Assembly (NCBI RefSeq): GCF_004010195.1 | Contig: NC_057756.1 | Location: 131,719-164,309 of the forward strand | DNA: 32,591 nucleotides | DNA from: Chiloscyllium plagiosum | Taxonomy: Eukaryota | Direction: 5' to 3' | Shown here: positions 21,923 to 32,591 of the stretch, piece after piece | How the letters are laid out: every line of letters starts with the position of its first letter | Numbering within the stretch: position 1 is the first letter of the stretch | Made by a program: the position numbers and the translations under genes | Notes under the pieces: model-generated | Seen by the model: only the letters and a program-made list of their open reading frames with translations | Told to the model about the DNA's origin: nothing | Databases searched by the model: none

Positions 21923-22973
21923 TAAGGTTAAGAAGGGAAGGATTTAAAAGGATCTGAGAGACAACATTTCCAGAGATCACAGCAGGTCACAATTTTAGCT
22001 TGCTATCTCTCCATGGATGCTGGCTGACCCACTGTCATCTCCAGCATTTGTTGTTTTCAATGCAGATTGCAGTGTCTGTGGTAATTTGCTCCTTTTTCAC
22101 ACAAACAGTGGTGTATTCATGGAACGAGCGAAGAGGTGGAAGCAGATACAATGACAACATTTAAAAAGCATCAGGATGGGTATATGAATAGAAAGGGTTG
22201 AGAGGGATATGGGTCAAGTCCTGGCAAATGAGTCTAGGTCAGATTGGGATGTAGACGTGGATAATTTGGACCAAAGGGTCTGTTTCCATGCTGTATGACC
22301 CATGTCTATATGTCCATCTAATCTGCTAGTTATCAAGTTGCTGTTTTATCTGGACCTTTAAGTACACCCACTGCTGCTCTTGACATTGTCTCCTATAGAA
22401 CTTGTCGAGTCAATATTGATCCCAGGCTCGATGGCAGTCAGAGAGTGAGAGATGGAAGGAGTAACAGGAATGCACACTACTGGGCTAATGGTAAGATTCT
22501 TGGTCGTGTAGATGAGCAGAGAGGTCTCAGTGTGCATGTACATAGATCCCTGAAAGGTTGATAGGGTTGTTAAGAAGACATACATTGTGTTAGCTTTTAT
22601 TGGTAGAGGGGATTGAGTTTTGGAACCGAGAGATCATGCTGCAGCTGTGCAAAACTCTGGTGTGGCCGCACTAAGACTAATGCGTACAGTTCTGGTGACC
22701 GCATTACAGGAAGGATGTGGAAGCTTTGGAAAGGATTCAGACGAGATTTACTATGATGTTGCCTGGAATGGAGTGAAGCTTTTAACGAGGAAAGGCTGAG
22801 GGACTTGAGGCTGTTTTTGTTAGAGAGAAGAATGTTGGGAGGTGACATACTTGAGACATATAAGATAATCAGAGCGTTAGATAGGTTGGACAATGAGAGC
22901 CTTTTTCCTCAGATGGCAATGGCTAGCACGAGGGGACATAGCTTTAAAGTGAGGGGTGATAGATGTAGGACAA

Positions 22974-23054
22974 CAGTGAGAGGCTGTGGGACCCTGTCCC
23001 AGTTAGAGTCAGTGTGTGTGTTGGAACCTGTCCCAGTAAGAGTCAATGTGTGTG
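22974..23054 (-). repeat. About two inverted orphan units of the 35-bp satellite
   Basis: tgtgggaccctgtcccagttagagtcagtgtgtgtg matches the reverse complement of the satellite unit. Confidence 0.8.
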
Positions 23055-23236
23055 ATAGGGGCAGTGTCGAGGGGTGAGGTATCTGAGGTAGTTTCTTTAC
23101 TCAGAGCAGTAGGGGCATAGAAAGCACTGCCAGCAACAGTAGTAGACCCGCCAGCTTTAAGGGCATTTAAATGGCATTGGATCGGCATCTGGACGAGAAT
23201 GGAATAGTGTAGGTTAGATGGGCTTCAGATTGGTTC

Positions 23237-23736
23237 AACACTTCAACTCCCCCTCCCACTTCACCAAGGATATGCAGGTCTTTGGACTCCTCCATCGCCA
23301 GACCACAACAACACGACGGTTGGAGGAAGAGCGCCTCATCTTCCGCCTAGGAACCCTCCAACCACAAGGGATGAACTTGGATTTCACCAGTTTCCTCATT
23401 TCCCCTCCCCCCACCTTGTCTCAGTCAAATCCATCGAATTCAGCACCGCTTTCCTTACCTGCAATCTTCTTCCTGACCTCTCCGCCCCCACCCCAGTCTG
23501 ACCTATCACCCTCACCTTGACCTCTTTCCACCTATCACATTTCAGACGCCCCTCCCCCAAGTCCCTCCTCCCTACCTTTTATCTTAGCCTGCTGGACAAA
23601 CTTTCCTCATTCCTGAAGAAGGGCTTATGCCCGAAACGTCGATTCTCCTGTTCCCTGGATGCTGCCTGACCTGCTGCGCTTTTCCAGCAACACATTTTCA
23701 GCTCTGATCTCCAGCATCTGCAGTCCTCACTTTCTC
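23237..23736 (+). mobile_element. 5'-truncated Penelope element: GIY-YIG C-terminus plus pLTR
   Basis: HFNSPSH...RRLEEERLIFRLGTLQPQGMNLDF; perfect 14-bp TSD CTTCAGATTGGTTC (23223-23236, 23737-23750). Confidence 0.92.
23609..23644 (+). ncRNA. Minimal hammerhead ribozyme motif (Penelope pLTR)
   Basis: CTGAAGA (23613-23619), A, GGGC-ttat-GCCC, GAA, palindromic ACGT, C (GUC triplet, cleavage predicted after 23640). Confidence 0.75.
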
Positions 23737-23972
23737 CTTCAGATTGGTTCCACAAGTTGGCGCAACATCGAGGGCAGAAAGGCCTGTATTGCGCTGTAAT
23801 GATCTATGTTCTAGATGTGTCGAGCCATGAGGTGGCAAAGCATGCTGCAGGGGAGTTGCTGTTAAATGATGGCCACGGCACTGACCGGATGCCTAGTTTT
23901 GATTCATGACCTGTTTTCTGTGGTTAAAGCTTTTATTGGTGGTGGCACACAACATGATCATGTCCTCAATGT

Positions 23973-24268
23973 TGATTAGATTACCTACAGTGTGGAAACA
24001 AGCCCTTTGGCCCAACAAATACACACCGACACTCCGAAGAGCAACCCACCCAGACCCATTCCCCTCCATTTTCCTCTTCACCTAACACTATGGGCAATTT
24101 AACATGGCCAGTTCATCTAACCTGCATATTTTTGGACTGTGGGAGGAAACCGGAGCAAACCCACGCAGACAGGGGGAGAATGTGCAAACTCCACACAGTC
24201 AGTTGCCTGAGGTAGGAATTGAACCCGGATCTCTGGCGCTGTGAAGCAGCAGTGCTAGCCACTGTGCT
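23973..24268 (-). mobile_element. HE1-type SINE
   Basis: Reverse complement of the 5445-5751 type. Confidence 0.9.
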
Positions 24269-24392
24269 GCTTGTGTTGAGACAGAAGTTTGTTTCTGGAA
24301 GGATTTGTGCGCTCATCAGTCTTGATGGTACTGTCAAGCACAGAGGCATCAATCAGCAAATGACTGAGGATCACGTCAAATAGGATTATCCA

Positions 24393-27300
24393 ACACTGGG
24401 GTACGGCTCCCACACAAATGCTGTCTCTCACTGAGGTATGGGTCCCACACACACTGACTCTCATTGGGGTACAGGTCCCACACACACACTGACTCTTACT
24501 GGGGTATGGGACCCACACGCACTGACTTTCACTGGGGTACGGGTCCCACACACACATTGATTCTTACTGGGGTATGGGACCCATACGCACTGACTCTCAC
24601 TGGGGTACAGGTCCCACACACACACTGACTCACTGGGTATGTGTCCCACACACACACAGTCTCTCACTGAGGTATGGGTCCCACACACACACTGACTCCC
24701 ACTGGGGTTTGGGACCCACACACACTGACTCTCACTGTGGTATAAGTCCCACACCCACACTGTCTCTCACTGAGATACAGGTCCCACACACACACTGACT
24801 CACACTGGGGGTACGGGTCCCATACACACTGACTCTCACTGGGGTACGGATCTCACACACACATTGGCTCACACTGGGGTACGGGTCCCACACACACACT
24901 GACTCACACTGGGATAAGAGTCCCACACACACTGACTCTTAGTGGGGTACAGGTTCACCACACCCTGACTCTCACTGGTGTAGGGGTCCCACACACACAT
25001 TGACTCTCACTGGGGTACAGGTTCAACCCACCCTGACTCTCACTGTGGTACAGGTCCCACACACACTGACTCTCACTGGGGTACAGGTGCCACGCATACA
25101 CTGACACTCACTGGGGTACAGGTTCCACACACACATTGACTCTCACTGTGGTACATGTCCCGCACACACACTGTCTCTCACTGAGTTACGGGTCCCACAC
25201 ACCACTGACTCCCACTGGGATAGGGGTCCCACGCAGACACTGACTCTCACTGTGGTACGGGTCCCACACACGCACACAATCTCTCACTGGGGTACAGCTC
25301 CCACACACACACACTGACTCTCACTGGGGTTTGGGATCCACACGCACTGACTTGCACTGTGGTACAAGTCCCACACCCACACTGTCTGTCACTGAGGTAC
25401 GGGTCACACACACACACTGACTCTCACTGGGGTAAGGGTCCCACACACACACTGACTCTCACTGGGGTACAGGTTCCACACACACACACACTGACTCTCA
25501 CTGGGGTACAGGTGCCACACACACACTGACTCTCACTGGGGTACAGCTCCCACACACACACTGACTCTCAGTGGGGTTTGGGACCCACACACACTGACTC
25601 TCACTGTGGTACAAGTCCCACACCCACACTGTCTCTCACTGGGGTACGGTTCCCACACACCGACTGACTTACTGGGGTACAGGTACAACCCACCCTGACT
25701 CTCACTGGGGTAGGGGTCCCACATACACACTGACTCTCACTGTGGTACAAGTCCCACACACACATTGACTGTCACTGGGGTATAGGTTCCACACATACTG
25801 ACTCTCACTGGGATACAGGTCCCACACACACACTGACTCTCACTGGGGTACAGGTCCCACACACACACTGACTCTCACTGGGGTACGGGTCCCAGACACA
25901 CACTGACTCTTACTGGGGTACGGGTCGCACACACACACTGACTCTCACTGGGGTACGGGTCCCGCACACACACTGTCTCTCACTGTGTTACGGTGCCACA
26001 CACCCACTGACTCCCACTGGGATAGGGGTCCCACACACACACTGACTCCCACTGGGATAGGGGTCCTATGCACACACTGACTCTCACTGGGGTACAGGTT
26101 CCACACACACACTGACTCTCACTGGGGTACAGGTGCCACACATACACTGACTCTCACTGGGGTACAGGTCCCACACACACACTGACTCTCACTGTGGTAC
26201 AGGTTCCACACACACATTGACTCTCACTGGGGTACAGGTCCCACACACACACTGACTCTCACTGGAGTACGGGTCCCACACACACACACAGTCTCTCACT
26301 GAGGTATGGGTCCCACACACACACACTGACTCCCACTGGGATAGGGGTCCCACACACACACTGACTCCCACTGGGATAGGGGTCCTACGCACACACTGAC
26401 TCTCACTGGGGTAGGGGTCCCACACACACATTGACTCTCACTGGGATACAGGTTCCACACACACACTGACTCTCACTGGGGTACAGGTGCCACACATACA
26501 CTGACTCTCACTGGGGTACGGGTCCCACACACAACTGACTCCCACTGGGGGTACGGGTCCCATACACACACTGACTCACACTGGGGGTAGGGGTTTCATA
26601 CACACTGACTCTCACTGGGGTATGGATCTCGCACACACATTGGCTCACACTGGGGTACGTGTCCCACACACACACTGACTCTCACTGGGGTACAGGTTCA
26701 ACATACACTGACTCTCACTGGGGTACAGGTTCAACACACACTGACTCTCACTGGAGGTACGGGTCCCATACACACTGTCGGACACTGGGGTACAGGTCCC
26801 TCACACACACATTGGCTCACACTGGGATAAGAGTCCCACACACACACTGACTCTTAGTGGGGTACAGGTTCAACACACACTGACTCTCACTGGGGTATAG
26901 GTTCCACACACACATTGACTCTCACTGTGGTACAGGTCCCACACACACGCTGACTCTCACTGTGGTACGGGTCACACACACTGACTCTCATTGGGGTACA
27001 GGTCCTACACACACACTGACTCTCACTGGGGTACAGGTGCCACACACACACACTGATTCTCACTGGGGTACAGGTGCCTCACACACACACTGATTTTCAC
27101 TGGAGTACAGGTCCAACACACACACTGACTGTCACTGTGGTACAGGTCCCACACACACACTGACACACACTGGGGTAAGGGTCACACACACACACTGACT
27201 CTCACTGGGTTACGGGTCCCACACACACACTGTCTCTTACTGGGGATACAGGTCCCATACACACTGACTCTCATTGGGGTACGGCTCTTACACACACACA

Positions 27301-29643
27301 CATTGGCTCACACTGGGGTACGGGTCCCACACACACACTGACTCTCACTGGTGTACAGGTCCCACACACTGACTCTCACTGGGATACAGGTGCCACACAC
27401 ACACACTGACTCTCACTGTGGTACAAGTCCCACACCCACATTGCCTCTCACTGGGGAACGGGTCCCACACACACACTGACTCACAGTGGGGTGCTGGTCC
27501 CACACACACTGACTCACACTGGTGTACAGTCCCACACACACGCTGACTCTCACTGGGGTACGGGTCACACACACACACTGACTCTCATTGGGGTACAGGT
27601 CCTACACACACACTGACTCTCACTGGGGTACAGGTGCCACACACACACACACACACACACACTGACTCTCACTGGGGTACAGGTGCCTCACACACACACA
27701 CTGATTCTCACTGGAGTACGGGTCCCACACACACACTGACACACAATGGGGTAAGGGTCACACACACACACACTGATTCTGACTGGGGTATGGGTCTCAC
27801 ATACACACACACTGACTCTCACTGGGGTATGGGTCCCACACACACACTGTCTCTCACTGGGGTACGGGTCCCACACACACACTGACTCTCACTGGTGTAC
27901 AGGTCCCACACACACAATCTCTCACTGAAGTATGGGTCCCACACACTGACTCTCACTGGGGTACGGGTCCCACACACACACAGTCTCTCACTGGGGATAC
28001 AGGTCCCATACACACTGACTCTCACTGGGGTACGGGTCCCACACACACACACACACACACATTGGCTCACACTGGTGTACAGGTCCCACACACACACTGA
28101 CTCTCACTGGGATACAGGTGCCACACACATACACTGACTCTCACTGTGGTGCAAGACCCACACCCACATTGCCTCTCACTTGGGTACGGGTCCCACGCAC
28201 ACACTGACTCACACTGGGGTACTGGTCCCTCACACACTAACTCACACTGGTGTATAGTCCCACACAAACACTGACTCTCACTGGGATATGGCTCCCACAC
28301 ACACACACTGACTCACACTGGGAAAGACGTCCCACACACATTGACTCTCACTGGGGTACAGGTTCCACACACACTGACTCTCACTGGGGTACAGGTCCCA
28401 CACACACAGACTCTCACTGGGGTACAGGTTCCACACACACTGACTCTCACTGGGGTACAGGTCCCACACACACATTGCCTCTTACTGGGGTACAGGTCCC
28501 ACACACACACTGAATCTCACTGGGGTACAGGTTCCACACACACACTGAATCTCACTGGGGTACAGGTCCCACATACACACTGTCTCTCACTGGGGTACGG
28601 GTCCCACACACACACTGACTCTCACTGGTGTACAGGTCCCACACACACAGTTTCTCACTGAAGTATGGGTCCCACACACTGACTCTCACTGGGGTACGGG
28701 TCCCACACACACACTGTCTCTCACTGGGGATACAGGTCCCATACACACTGACTCTCACTGGGGTACGGATCTTACACACACACATTGGCTCACACTGGGG
28801 TACGGGTCCCACACACACACTGACTCTCACTGGTGTACAGGTCCCACACACACAGTCTCTCACTGAAGTATGGGTCCCACACACTGACTCTCACTGGTGT
28901 ACAGGTCCCACACACACACTGACACTCACTGGGGTACAGGTGCCACACACACACACTGACTCTCACTGTGGTACAAGTCCCACACCCACATTGCCTCTCA
29001 CTGGGGTATGGGACCCACACACACACTGACTCACAGTGGGGTACTGGTCCCACACACACTGACTCACACTGGTGTACAGTCCCACACACACTGACTCTCA
29101 CTGGGATATGGGTCCCACACACACACACTGACTCACACTGGGGTAGGCGTCCCACACACACTTACTCTCACTGGGGTACAGGTTCCACACACACTGACTC
29201 TCACTGGGGTACGGGTCCCACACACACATTGACTCTCAGTGGGGTACAGGTTCCACACACACACTGAATCTCACTGGGGTACAGGTTGCACACACACACT
29301 GACTCTTACTGTGGTACAGGTTCCACACACACTGACTCACTGGGATGTGGGCCCCACACATACACAGACTCACACTGGGGTAGGCGTCCCACACACACAG
29401 ACTCTCACAGGGGTACAGGTTCCACACACACTGACTCTTACTGGGGTATGGGTCCCACACACACACTGACTCACACTGGAGTACAGGTCCCACACACACA
29501 CTGACTCTCACTGGGGTACGGGGACCACACACACACTGACTCACACTGGGGTACAGGTTCCACACACACACTGACTCACACTGGGGTATGGGTCCCAAAC
29601 ACACACTGACTCTCACTGGGGTACGGGTACCACACATACACTG
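24393..29643. repeat. Tandem satellite/minisatellite, ~33-37-bp unit, roughly 150 copies
   Basis: Consensus CTGACTCTCACTGGGGTACAGGTCC(CA)n, with a variable CA tract. Confidence 0.98.
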
Positions 29644-29780
29644 TGGCTGGTTTGAGTGAATGGCTAGTGAATAACAAAGTATATAATGTGTGAAAGCTCA
29701 GAGGCTGTCACATTGGCAGGAAGATTGGTGCACCACAATGTTATTTCAAGCGAAAGAGAAAGCAGAGTGTGGCCTTTAGT

Positions 29781-30470
29781 ACATAGAACGTTACTGCACG
29801 GTACAGGCCCTTCAGCTCTCGATGTTGTGCTGGCCTTTTATCCTACTCTATGTTCAAATTAACCTACATACACTTCATTTTACTATCGTCCATGTACCTA
29901 TACAAGAGTCGCCTATATGTCCCTAATGTATCTGTCTCTGCTACCACCGCAGGGAATGCATTTCATGACCGACCACTCTCTGCATAAAGAACCTAACTCT
30001 GACATTTCCCCTCAACCTTCCTCTAATCACCTTAAAATTATGCCCCCTCATGATCGACATTTCCGCCCTGGGAAAAAGTCTCTGGCTATTCACTCTATCT
30101 ATGCCTCTCATCATCTTATACATTTCTATCACGTCACCTCTCATCCTTCTTCACTCCAATGTGAAAAGCCCGAGCTCCCTCAACCTTTCTTCATAAGATA
30201 TGTCCTCCAGTCCAGGCAGCATCCTGGTAAATCTCCCCTGCACCCTCTCTACAGTTTCCACATCTTTCCTATAATGAGGCAAACAGAATTGAACACAAAG
30301 TTCCAGGTGTGGTTGAACCTCATGGCTCTTCAACTCAATCGCCCCATTAATGAAAGCCAGTACACATACGCCTTCTTAACAATCATATCAACTTGGGTGG
30401 CAACTTTGAGGGATCTATGGACATAGACCCCAAGATCCCTCTGTTCGTCCACACTGCTAAGAATCCTGCC
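29781..30470 (-). mobile_element. CR1 3' fragment
   Basis: PHLELCVQFCLPHYRKDVETVERVQGRFTRMLPGLE and RGDVIEMYKMMRG. Confidence 0.88.
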
Positions 30471-31499
30471 TGAGGGATTTCTGAGGGATCAACTATGACA
30501 CAAGGAAATGTTGGGACAACTGACTGGAAGCATTGGTCAATATTTGATTTATTTAGTGTCACATGTATTTTGTTACAAAATACAGTGAGACATGTTGTAT
30601 ACTGTCATCGCTCTCCCGTGACTTCTTAGAACTCAGAAAAATAAACCAAAATATAGAAGTAAAGGCAGAAAAATAAAGACCTGGTGTTCACCTTTACAGT
30701 CTTTGTTAAGTGCTGGGCCATGGGCCGTGGTCAGGCACGAGTCCCCTCTGCCAATGGAGTGAAGGTTGCCCGTTCTTCGGTGCCATCTCGCCTCCACCAA
30801 TGCCCTTGACACAGACTCCTCGCTGGACCTCACCAATGCAGATGGTACCGGGTACCGCACCAGCTCAAACCCAACTCCACCACCACCACGAGTCCACTTC
30901 AGGTCCACCTCACTGATGCTGCCAGGTCTCCTCTCATGAGCCTACACCTGAAGCTCTGCATTGCAGTTGGGTCTCCTTTCTAAAGAAGCAGTTCAGAGAA
31001 GCTTTATTCAGCTGATTCTTGGTGTGGTGATGCAGTGTGTCCCCACAGAGCTGAAACAAATGTGAGATCACAGTGGAAGACATAGGGGCCTTGTTGGGAT
31101 TGATGATGACAGAATGCTCTTCCTCTTGGTGAGAAGCTCCAATGAAGGGGTTCATTTCTATGTGACCTTACATTCACCTCTTTGTTTCCTTCTCCCCAAC
31201 TCTAAACTAGGGTAGAGTTTGTCCCAAGTGTTAGATTGGTTAGAACCATTGGAATGGGGTCAGTGGACTTTTCATTTGCCAGGCAACACATAGAATGAGA
31301 AAGCCCCTATACCCAAAGGAATTGGCCAGAATAAAACCAAGGACAGCGCAGATACAAAAAAAAAGAAAGATAGAAAGTTCTGGAGGAATTCAGCATCTGT
31401 GGGGAGAGAGAGAGAGAGCGAGAGAGAGAGAAAACAGTGCTAAAGTTTGAATTACTGTTCTGATGAAAGTGTTGCAAAATGAGGCGAGCAAGGAAACAA

Positions 31500-31900
31500 A
31501 GCCATCAACTAAATTCAGGGAAATATTTCCAACTCCCCAGAAGGAAATGATAGCTGCTGTTAATTGTCAGAAATAATCCACTTGAATCACTAAGGTCTTT
31601 CAGAGAAGAACCTTAGGAACGGCCTGAAGAGAGGAAGTATGATATTGTTGACAGATTTTGCTTCAAGGTATTTTTTTTCCCCTGGAGCTCAGATTTTTTT
31701 AAAAAAACAACCTTTTCTGTGCCTGGCAATTGCCTGGGAACATTCCTAGTCTCCCGCCCACTGGAAATACGTAAACAGAATGTATCTAATTCTGGAATGT
31801 TCCAATTCAACATGAAACTTAGCGAGAAACGAAACTAATGACTTTTATCAGTAGTTTACAGAGTCCAAGTTATCTCACTTCACTTCCCTTCCCTCACTAC
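31500..31900. promoter_or_regulatory. Candidate immune-responsive enhancer
   Basis: ISRE, two GAS-type, ETS/PU.1 and kB-like motifs in ~400 bp of non-repeat sequence. Confidence 0.35.
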
Positions 31901-32066
31901 TTTTCTGCCACCAATTCTGTAAAAGGTTTCACTTCCCATTCCTGTTGTATTTTTACAAACCAAATTTAGCACTTAAAACATATTTTTGGGTACATGTTCT
32001 GAATAGCTGTAGAGGATGCAGACTCTGTATTGGATAGGAAAGCCATCAGACAATCTAATTAAAATT

Positions 32067-32470
32067 GTGATTTGGAGATGCCGGAGTTGGACTGGGGTGT
32101 ACAAAGTTAAAAATCACACAACACCAGGTTATAGTCCAATAGGTTTAATTGGAAGCACACTAGCTTTCGGAGTGATGTTCCTTCATCAGGTTATAGTGGA
32201 GGGCTCAATCCTAACACAGAATTTATAGCAAAAATTTACAGTGTGAAGTACTTTGCTCAAAAACTGCATGCATTCATGTAGAACTCTGAGCTCAAAAACT
32301 GCATCAATTTATGTAAAACTCCATTATCTCTCTTTTTAGATAGAATCAATCTAAGCGTCATGGCATAGACAGAGAACACAGGGGGCCAACACCTTCAACA
32401 TATTGTCTAGCTATCACCATTGTAAACAGCTAACCCGAGAATGCAACTTTTTCAAAAAAAGGTTTGTGAT
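32067..32470. mobile_element. Penelope pLTR element with internal inversion
   Basis: 32067-32245 matches 2736-2915, while ~32335-32470 is the reverse complement of ~3005-3140. Minus-strand CTGATGA...GAAAGCTA motif near 32160-32190. Confidence 0.85.
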
Positions 32471-32591
32471 TCAAAGTTTGTGCAAAGATTTGTAGCTCGG
32501 GTGCTCGTTGTTGTGGTTCTGTTCGCCGAGCTGGAAGTTTTTGTTGCAAACGTTTCGTCCCCTGGCTTCACAGGAGGCTCCCAAGCACTGA
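32471..32591 (-). mobile_element. pLTR end of a different Penelope family (runs off window)
   Basis: Minus strand GGGGACGAAACGTTTGC half-hammerhead motif; sequence unrelated to the other pLTRs. Confidence 0.55.

Larger units (their letters stand above)
19810..22310 (+). mobile_element. CR1 3' fragment hosting a SINE, an inverted CR1 and a Penelope-type fragment (~21970-22093)
   Basis: SEEDCLRVQGDLD, QVDRVVRKAFG, LVRPPLEHC. The host resumes at ~20650 and 21923. Confidence 0.8.
22455..23815 (+). mobile_element. CR1 3' fragment with satellite and Penelope inserts
   Basis: LFLLERRMLGGDILETYKII...STRGHSFKVRG. The 3' UTR resumes at 23751. Confidence 0.85.

Noticed and set aside
24734..28975. Recurrent CACTGTG (V(D)J RSS heptamer) in satellite variants
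   Set aside because: A one-base variant of CACTGGG with no nonamer seen at 12/23 spacing and no Ig/TCR segments.
24255..29637. Many Cys/Val-rich and His/Thr-rich ORFs (metallothionein- or keratin-associated-like)
   Set aside because: They are translations of the (CA)n-containing satellite, with frames shifting at every CA-length change.
24393..29643. CRISPR-like periodicity (~35 bp)
   Set aside because: No unique spacers, no cas genes, vertebrate context.

Overview
Eukaryotic, repeat-dominated DNA. The HE1-type V-SINEs, CR1/HER1 LINEs and Penelope elements point to a cartilaginous fish (shark); this is inferred from repeat families only. One host gene, which the ORF track misses as a unit, can be assembled on the minus strand: a Ly6/uPAR (three-finger, uPAR/PLA2-inhibitor-like) gene with four phase-1 exons (14915-14870, 6933-6817, 4867-4730, 699-~662). 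It reads MQLFESILISIFVAEMQSLTCYFCNAQGRTCMTKQITWVSGINSCKTISISIRAAGIKQTTLFKDCGTCEGNISMHFGFKNVKQTRKNCNTNLCNNEPFTEVPSNLNGLECYT. Exon 4 is then interrupted, in frame and in the same orientation, by a Penelope-like retroelement ORF. Two LU cysteines are substituted and a solo LTR sits ~20 nt before the exon-4 acceptor, so the gene is either decaying or yields an LU-Penelope chimera. The rest comprises nested CR1, Rex1/Babar and L2-like fragments, SINEs, four solo LTRs with target-site duplications (TSDs), several Penelope terminal repeats (pLTRs) with minimal hammerhead ribozyme motifs and palindromes, a TA-flanked MITE, a 5.2-kb ~35-bp satellite with higher-order structure plus an inverted orphan copy, and an immune-type TF motif cluster near 31.5-31.9 kb. 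Boundaries of old repeats are approximate and family names come from recognition, not database searches.
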